Positions 57,668 through 64,000 of a stretch of DNA of 64,000 nt are shown here, one piece after another. The stretch comes from Candidatus Sumerlaeaceae bacterium (lineage in GTDB: Bacteria > Sumerlaeota > Sumerlaeia > Sumerlaeales > Sumerlaeaceae): contig JBMFRB010000002.1 of the NCBI GenBank assembly GCA_049968255.1, forward strand, positions 224,001 through 288,000. Reading direction: 5' to 3'. The first letter of the stretch is position 1, and each line of letters opens with the position of its first letter. Below the pieces are notes generated by a model, which saw only the letters and a program-made list of their open reading frames with translations, ran no database searches and was not told the DNA's origin. The translations under genes and the position numbers were made by a program.

Positions 57668-59149
57668 ATGGCGATTTCATTGCATCAAGTTCAAAAGCTA
57701 ACGCAGCGGCTGGCCATGACGCCTCTTATGCAACAGGCGCTTCACCTGTTGCAATTGCCCAATGCGGAACTGGAACAGTTGGTACGCGACGAAGTAGTCC
57801 AGAATCCCTTTTTGGAGATCAAAGGCGAGCTCGAGGACGATCGCGAGGAGTATCAGCAAAACGAGGAGTCTCTTTCCAGTGAGGCAACCGAGGACCAGCC
57901 TGCCGAAGTTGGGGAGAGGGCAGAGACAATCATTTCGAACGAGCAGCCACACTTTGACGAAGTTGACGTAGCCTGGGATGATCTTTACGATGATACCTAT
58001 TCGAGGCCGTCGCCACGCTCCTCCGTTTACGATCCGGATGAAGAGGAGCGCGATCTTGAAGATTTTGTGGCTGCCCCCGAGAGTCTGGCGGATTCGTTGC
58101 GCTGGCAAGTCCGGATGTTGCCGGCAAATGACCGGCTGCGCGAAATCGCGGAATATATTGTGGGATGCCTCGACGACGACGGTTATTTACGTGTCTCTCT
58201 CGACGAAATCGCCAAAGAGACAGGTGCCACCGCACAGGAGGTCGAGGAGGCCGTGCGGCTGGTGCAGTCTCTTGATCCGCCCGGCATCGGTGCTCGGGGA
58301 CTCGAGGAGTGTCTGGAGATCCAACTGCGTCGAAGCGGGGTAGATGATCCTCTTGCGTACAAGGTTGTGCGTCAGCATCTGCCTCATTTACAGAAACGAA
58401 ATTTCAGGAAGATCGCGAAATCTCTAGGGATAGATGAGGGTCAAGTTCGCAAAATCGTTAGTCTCATTGAGTCGCTCGAGCCCCAGCCGGGTCATGCTTA
58501 TAGCACGCGTCCTCCCCAGTACATTCGGCCCGATGTTATCGTGAAGCGGCTCGATGGGGATTATTATGTTTTCGTCGACGATGGACTCCTGTCGGATCTG
58601 CGCATTAGCCCAACGTATCGCCGCTTGTTGGAGCAAGGCGACACATTTACTTCGGAAAGCGAGCTAAGGTTTGTACGTGAAAAACTCAAAGCGGCGCAAT
58701 GGCTGGTGAGAAATCTGGCGCGTCGGAAGCAAACTCTGCAACGTGTGGCTGAAGCAATTGTAGAGCATCAGAAGGAATTTTTTGACAAAGGGATCGCTTA
58801 CCTTAAACCACTCACTCTGCGGGAGGTCGCTGACAGAGTTGGGATGCACGAGTCAACGGTAGCCAGGGTCACAAGCGGCAAATACATGGAAACCCCACGC
58901 GGCACTTATGAAATGAAATACTTTTTCAGCAGGGGCTTGCAGAGCGACACAGGCGAAGAAGCCAGCAATCGCATGGTCAAACAGATGATTGTGGAGATGG
59001 TTCAGAATGAGGATCCGCGAGCTCCTCTGAGCGACCAGCGTATTGCTCAGTTACTCAAACAAAAAGGCATCAACATTGCCCGGCGCACGGTGGCCAAGTA
59101 TCGCGAGCAACTTGGCATTTTGCCATCGCGCTTACGCAAAAGAATTTAG
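57668..59149 (+). CDS. rpoN: RNA polymerase sigma-54 factor
   Basis: Gln/Leu-rich region I, NPFLE, HESTVARV HTH, RpoN box ARRTVAKYRE. Confidence 0.98.
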   Translation: MAISLHQVQKLTQRLAMTPLMQQALHLLQLPNAELEQLVRDEVVQNPFLEIKGELEDDREEYQQNEESLSSEATEDQPAEVGERAETIISNEQPHFDEVDVAWDDLYDDTYSRPSPRSSVYDPDEEERDLEDFVAAPESLADSLRWQVRMLPANDRLREIAEYIVGCLDDDGYLRVSLDEIAKETGATAQEVEEAVRLVQSLDPPGIGARGLEECLEIQLRRSGVDDPLAYKVVRQHLPHLQKRNFRKIAKSLGIDEGQVRKIVSLIESLEPQPGHAYSTRPPQYIRPDVIVKRLDGDYYVFVDDGLLSDLRISPTYRRLLEQGDTFTSESELRFVREKLKAAQWLVRNLARRKQTLQRVAEAIVEHQKEFFDKGIAYLKPLTLREVADRVGMHESTVARVTSGKYMETPRGTYEMKYFFSRGLQSDTGEEASNRMVKQMIVEMVQNEDPRAPLSDQRIAQLLKQKGINIARRTVAKYREQLGILPSRLRKRI

Positions 59150-60495
59150 CACGCCAGCACAAAATCTTTTAGTAGCGCCTCCGCGAAGCTCAGTGCCGTC
59201 GCTCCTCCCACACGGACTCTCCCGTCGGATTGCTCTTGGATTTCCTCAAGCGTTATGTCGTCGAGAAACCTCTGATCCCAAGGGCGCAGGGAGTTTTCCG
59301 GAATCAAATAAATATCGTACTTAGATTTCTCTTGAATTGCTGCAAGGAAATCTGCGCCTGGCAGCAGCCCCGTGACCGTGATGCCTGGACCAAACAGAGA
59401 ATTAGTTCTGACATCCATATCCAATTGGAAATTACTCAACTTCTCATTGAGCACGTTCACTAAGCGTTTGATGACTTTTGCTCCCAGCGGACTAGTGATT
59501 GCCAGTGCTCGAACGGGCTCCGGTAATGACCGAGGGAGGCTTTTGAGCACTTCGTCGAGCGAGCGGTAAAACAGGCTTACCATCCCGACTCCGTTTTCGA
59601 GTTGCGGAATGTCCTCGTACTCTTCGTAGGTAGGCGGGGTCTTGCCAGCGATGAGAAAAAACTCGTCGCTAGGAAAAACCAGCGGGAAGTTGAGCTTCCT
59701 CTTAACTTCGCGTTGCAGCTTCGCGCACTCGGCAAGAAACCGTTGAGCGTATGCTGGAGTAATCTCCTTGAGTTGTGGCAACCTTTGACGATGCGAGGTC
59801 AGGCCGACCGGGACTACTGCAATGGAGCGAATTCCTGGATAGAGCTCAGCAAGATCCCACACTGTCTTTTTCAGCACATCGCGATCATTTATGTCGGGGC
59901 AAAGCACGATTTGGGTGTGGATGGCGATCCTCCCTGCGACAAGGCGTTTGAGAAGCGGCAAAATTGGAGGTGCGTGCGGGTTGAGAAGAAGCTTGCGCCG
60001 GATTTCGGTATCTGTGGCATGGACGCTAAAGTATAACGGAGAGAGACGAAGTTTGAGAATCCGGTCGATATCGTCCTCCGAGAGGCTTGTTCCAGTGATG
60101 TAGTTTCCGTAAAGAAATGAGAGGCGATAATCTTCGTCTTTCACATAAAGCTCAGGTCGCAGCCCGCGTGGAAGTTGGTGCACGAAGCAAAAAACGCAGG
60201 CATTGTTGCAACGTTTGATTTCAAAAGGCTCTAAGTCTAGGCCAAGTCGGTCGTGTGGGCTTTTGCGTACCGTGCGCTTCCTGACCACATTGTGCTCGCG
60301 GTCCCACCATTCGACCGTAAGGCGTCCGGCCGAAACGTTGTACCAATAGTCGAGAATGTCGTGTACCTCGTGCCCATTGAGGCACAGCAGGCGGTCGCCA
60401 GGCTTCATTTTCAAAAGTTCGCCTATCGACCCAGCTTCAACTCCGAGGATCTCTACACCATTCCTGATCTTCGGAGCGCTTTGGGGGCTGGTCAT
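59146..60495 (-). CDS. PDZ plus radical SAM-like Fe-S oxidoreductase (DUF512 family)
   Basis: N-terminal PDZ-like region, CNNACVFC, KDEDYRLSFLYGNY, VVPVGLT, QLENGVG, VTGLL. Confidence 0.9.
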   Translation of the reverse strand: MTSPQSAPKIRNGVEILGVEAGSIGELLKMKPGDRLLCLNGHEVHDILDYWYNVSAGRLTVEWWDREHNVVRKRTVRKSPHDRLGLDLEPFEIKRCNNACVFCFVHQLPRGLRPELYVKDEDYRLSFLYGNYITGTSLSEDDIDRILKLRLSPLYFSVHATDTEIRRKLLLNPHAPPILPLLKRLVAGRIAIHTQIVLCPDINDRDVLKKTVWDLAELYPGIRSIAVVPVGLTSHRQRLPQLKEITPAYAQRFLAECAKLQREVKRKLNFPLVFPSDEFFLIAGKTPPTYEEYEDIPQLENGVGMVSLFYRSLDEVLKSLPRSLPEPVRALAITSPLGAKVIKRLVNVLNEKLSNFQLDMDVRTNSLFGPGITVTGLLPGADFLAAIQEKSKYDIYLIPENSLRPWDQRFLDDITLEEIQEQSDGRVRVGGATALSFAEALLKDFVLAC

Positions 60496-62426
60496 GGTTG
60501 CGCCTCCTGGCGAGGAGTATCATCACAAGCTAAGGCCGAAAGGGAAGCCTTGTTCGTTGCGTGGCAGCCCCGCTGTAAGCTTTCTACAATTTGCCAGAAC
60601 TCGTCAAGTGCTCGCGCGGATTCCCGCCGGTAGAATCGAAGACCAATGTAAAGCGTATGCGTTGTATCATCGCGCCAGCCCCAAATCTCGCGGTACGTGA
60701 TGCCGAAGGCGAGCGCCACACCAACGAGGATCACTGCGCAACCAAAGTAGAACCAAGGCAAGGCGGGATCGCGCATGATTCCAAAAAACACTGTATAAGC
60801 AGGGACACTTCCTGCTTCGCGTACCGAAAAACGTTTGGTCGGGGCGCCCGATTGTACGCGAGAGGCCGAGCGGAAAACTGGCGCGCTGGTCGAGACGTCA
60901 AGCTGTGGTGCCCCAGCTTCCGTTCGGTCCGCTGCTAATGGCTCAACCAATGTAACTTGTACTCCATTTTCTTCAGCGAGGGCAAAAATATCGCCTGCTT
61001 TGATAGATACCGACGTAGAGGTTTGCTGAGTATTGTGGGCTGAAAATACGTCAAGCTGCCCCAATACCTGAGCGATTCCGGCGCTGGCGTGGTCGGTGTT
61101 GTCAGCGAGAGAAAAATGCACTAACCATCTCTCACCAATGGGCGTTAGGGCATCTGTCCCGACAGGAACGAGGCGTTGATCCGCGAGTTTTCCCGCTGAA
61201 AAATACGCGAGCAAGACACCTGCACGGTGTTGGAGCGGCGCGGTGGTCTTCGGTTCGACGGCGGAAACATGGTCATTTTCGGCGAAAAAACCCAAAATTA
61301 CAATCGCCTCTGGCAGCTGCTGAAGAGTTTGCATGAGCTCGTTTGCAGTTCTTTCAAGAGTCTCACGGCTCTCGACCCTGCCCTCTTCCAGAATGCGACC
61401 GTTTTTTAGATCAACGATGCGAAACGTTTTCTGTGCGTCCTTCACCCGGTATTCAAAGAAAAGGTCTGAGTCTTGTCCCGGCAGCGGTAGACGGACGGGG
61501 TCACCCTCTTTTGCGTCCAACTCGACGGGTGCTCCACTTCGGCCTTTGTCTTCGACAAAAAAGTGCATTCGCTGCTCGCTGGGAGCCTCGCTGTAGCTAT
61601 TCAAAGTGACCTTGTAGCCGTGCCAAAAGAATGGGGTCGCCATCGAAATCTCCGTGATCGCTTCGTCGCCATGCTGTTTGGCCTCGACAAGCGCCCTGAA
61701 TGAGCGCACAACTTCACTGTTCGGGTATTTCTCGGCAGTAAAATCGAGGACGCGGAAAGAGAACGGCAGTGGGTGTGGGCGTAGGTTGTTTGCTGTTGCC
61801 GGTAAGAGGCGATTTCTGCGCGTATAGTAGTGAGTCACGGTCTGCCCTTCGTTGACAATAAGGTTTCCGTCGTAAATGCCCCAGCCGAACATGCCGGCCA
61901 ACCCGCGAACGACAGTTGCTCCCATGACCAGGAGCAGACCGATGTGGATGACGGTAGCACCGAAGCGACCGCCTAAGCCTTTCTGCGCATAGAAACAGGG
62001 GCCTTGAGTTTCAAAGAATCGAAAGTGCTTCTTGAACACAGCTTGGACTACCGCATCATCCGGTGGTGGAGAAATTTTCGCAGCCGAGTGAAGCCGCGGG
62101 AAAAACTCTGCGGAGTTTGCGAAGTGCCGACGCCAAGGGAGAGAAAGAGCGAGCACTGTTTTTTCCCAGGAGCAAAGGATCAGATTAATTGCAAGTGCTG
62201 CAACGAGAACGAGGAACCACGGGGCGCCAAACACTTTCGCGATGGCGTGATCGACACCCTGTTTGGCATCTGCCGCAATCAGAGAGCCCCATACGGAACT
62301 TACAGCAATTGCAGCGATGAGGAAAATTCCTAAGTGGATCGAGCCAAAAAACCTTATCAGCCTATTGATCACACCGTGCCCATTATGCCTGCGATTTTGC
62401 TCTTCGATGATCGCCCCTCGCCTCAA
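60492..62426 (-). CDS. ResB/CcsB-like cytochrome c biogenesis membrane protein
   Basis: N-terminal TMs with F.APWF and NLILCS, conserved IHIGLL, large extracytoplasmic region, RDP then a C-terminal TM. Confidence 0.75.
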   Translation of the reverse strand: MRRGAIIEEQNRRHNGHGVINRLIRFFGSIHLGIFLIAAIAVSSVWGSLIAADAKQGVDHAIAKVFGAPWFLVLVAALAINLILCSWEKTVLALSLPWRRHFANSAEFFPRLHSAAKISPPPDDAVVQAVFKKHFRFFETQGPCFYAQKGLGGRFGATVIHIGLLLVMGATVVRGLAGMFGWGIYDGNLIVNEGQTVTHYYTRRNRLLPATANNLRPHPLPFSFRVLDFTAEKYPNSEVVRSFRALVEAKQHGDEAITEISMATPFFWHGYKVTLNSYSEAPSEQRMHFFVEDKGRSGAPVELDAKEGDPVRLPLPGQDSDLFFEYRVKDAQKTFRIVDLKNGRILEEGRVESRETLERTANELMQTLQQLPEAIVILGFFAENDHVSAVEPKTTAPLQHRAGVLLAYFSAGKLADQRLVPVGTDALTPIGERWLVHFSLADNTDHASAGIAQVLGQLDVFSAHNTQQTSTSVSIKAGDIFALAEENGVQVTLVEPLAADRTEAGAPQLDVSTSAPVFRSASRVQSGAPTKRFSVREAGSVPAYTVFFGIMRDPALPWFYFGCAVILVGVALAFGITYREIWGWRDDTTHTLYIGLRFYRRESARALDEFWQIVESLQRGCHATNKASLSALACDDTPRQEAQP

Positions 62427-62489
62427 AAGTGGCGGATTTGGGTACTCTTTAATTCTACCAAAATCGTACCGATGTCGATCTATTTCACT

Positions 62490-63074
62490 TCACCGGAAAC
62501 TTGCTTCTGCAAGAAATGATTCCAGACTTTGTATGTACACGGCTTTCCCGCTGCGGGACACAAATAGGAGGGCGTCGCAACGGCGGAGCTCTCGTTCAGT
62601 AAAAATCTCTGTCTCGAAATAGGGCACTAGAAGCACCCGCTTTCGGTTACGCAATCGCAGAATGGCAGCACCTTTTGGGTTCCCGTGCAACGGAATGAAC
62701 GTCTCAATATCATCGAGGAAGCCAGCTTGTCGTAGGCGGTCGAGCACCTGTTTGCACGCTACATCTACGGGTGGCTGTGTGTCTGCTGGTGCCTCCGCTG
62801 GTATTGTTCCGTAAAGGTTACTCTGAGTGAACGGAATTTCCTGCTGAGGGGAGTCTTGATTGTTTTGCTCAGTGATATTCGAGGCTAAGAGAGCGGCGAG
62901 GGCAGCTGCTTCAAACTGCGCTTCATTGATACGCTCCGCTTCCTGTTGTTGCCTAAGATAGCGCACAACACGGTAGGTGGCATAGCCGATGGCCAGGAGA
63001 GCAGCTGTCACGGTGATCCACATGCCGGTGCTGAGGAGACTAGCGGCGCCAGGCTGTTGAGCCAGATCTTCCAT
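62490..63074 (-). CDS. Hypothetical single-TM protein
   Basis: Probable start MEDLAQQ; TM WITVTAALLAIGYA; no family recognised. Confidence 0.55.
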   Translation of the reverse strand: MEDLAQQPGAASLLSTGMWITVTAALLAIGYATYRVVRYLRQQQEAERINEAQFEAAALAALLASNITEQNNQDSPQQEIPFTQSNLYGTIPAEAPADTQPPVDVACKQVLDRLRQAGFLDDIETFIPLHGNPKGAAILRLRNRKRVLLVPYFETEIFTERELRRCDALLFVSRSGKAVYIQSLESFLAEASFR

Positions 63075-63217
63075 CAGAACGAGAGAGGCCGAGGATTCGC
63101 CAGGGGAAGAAATTCCCCGCGAGCTGAAGGCGGTGACTGCAGCGACAAGAGTCCATTCGCACCTTTTCGCAGCAAGTGACAGGCCTCTTTTCTTTGCCCA
63201 AAAGATCAAGGCAACCG

Positions 63218-64000
63218 TTAGAGATAGAAGATGACGAACATGACCACAAGCCATGAAAGTATATTCACGATGAGTGGGAGATCCTGCAAGAGCAATGCCT
63301 CAGGCGCGCCCCCCTCTTCGCGTTTGTACACGAGGTAAAGGTAGCGAAAGATCCCGTAAAGGACGAACGGAACTGTAAAGATCAGAAATTCGTGATGCCG
63401 AGTAGCTTCGGGACGGACGCCGAGAGTGACATAAAGGGCGTAAGAGATAACGGTGGCGGCCGTGGCCACGCTCACCATCTGGTCAAGGAGCTGGTGAGAA
63501 TAGTCATCAAGAACTGGCCGATGGTTTGTGGCCGAATCACTCAGAAGTAGAAGCTCGTGGCGGCGTTTGCAAATTGCAATGAATAAAGCAAGAAAAAGCA
63601 CGCAGACGATAAACCAGGGGGTGATGCGGATCTTTTCTTCGGGGTATTCGATAGCCAATATTCCTCCGACGGCACGCATAACAAAGCCGATTGCAACCAC
63701 AAGCACATCGAGGATCACCATGTGCTTGAGGCGGAGTGAGTAAGCTATCATCGTCACGAGGTAAAGAAGTCCAAGAAGGCCAAAGCGCATGTTGAGCGCA
63801 AAACTGCCAGCCACACCGACAAGAGCGAGGATTCCGGCGACATGCGCCGCGAGTCTTGGAGAGATTGCTCCGGAAGCTAGTGGGCGCTTGCGTTTAAAAG
63901 GATGTTGTCGATCTGCTTCGAGGTCTGCTAAATCGTTAATAAGATAAACTACACTGGATACGCAACAAAAAAGAAAAAAAGCGGTCGCGGCACGAAGGAT
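63218..64000 (-). CDS. UbiA-family prenyltransferase (decaprenyl-phosphate phosphoribosyltransferase-like), 5'-truncated by the window edge
   Basis: YLINDLADLEADRQHP.KRKRPLASG, YSLRLKH..ILDV, KRRHEL, YGIFRYLY; frame open to the window end. Confidence 0.88.
   Translation of the reverse strand: MLRAATAFFLFCCVSSVVYLINDLADLEADRQHPFKRKRPLASGAISPRLAAHVAGILALVGVAGSFALNMRFGLLGLLYLVTMIAYSLRLKHMVILDVLVVAIGFVMRAVGGILAIEYPEEKIRITPWFIVCVLFLALFIAICKRRHELLLLSDSATNHRPVLDDYSHQLLDQMVSVATAATVISYALYVTLGVRPEATRHHEFLIFTVPFVLYGIFRYLYLVYKREEGGAPEALLLQDLPLIVNILSWLVVMFVIFYL

Noticed and set aside
1-64000. CRISPR arrays, IS elements, prophage genes
   Set aside because: No regularly spaced repeats and no transposase, integrase or phage structural motifs recognised by eye

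Overview
A gene-dense 64 kb stretch of bacterial chromosome (roughly mid-50s % GC by eye), mostly housekeeping genes from a diderm LPS producer (lpxI, a GT9 fusion). The pilin-like gene with the 'IAAIAVPNFLEAQVRSKV...YDPTNGTISRGD' signature and the large secreted GH20 suggest phylum Sumerlaeota (BRC1); that assignment is inference. Recognisable genes: sucC, leuB, recN, two Hsp20s, thiD, a J-domain/Hsp70 pair, rpe, rplJL with an L10 leader, dnaX-ybaB, mutY, hprK, hisI-trpE-trpG, lpxI, ptsI, rpiB-glyA, rpoN. Non-coding RNAs: three tRNAs (Gly-TCC, Leu-CAA, Cys-GCA) and a 6S RNA hidden under the over-extended dnaX ORF call. No integrase, transposase, prophage or CRISPR array was seen. The most novel-looking element is a self-contained three-gene unit at 27183-28623. 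It consists of a signal-anchored, His-cluster leader ORF ending in the ribosome-arrest motif RAPP (DUF2946/CruR-like), a His-rich type IV pilin-like protein, a stand-alone membrane-anchored STN-like protein, and a strong terminator. I hypothesise an arrest-peptide- and possibly metal-regulated pilin module. Other highlights: a sigma54 box upstream of rpoN that overlaps a divergent start codon, an orphan DUF6266-like protein, a divergent six-hairpin glycosidase/GT4 pair, a lone BMC shell gene and tandem GT-C paralogues. All family calls come from motif recognition, not database searches.
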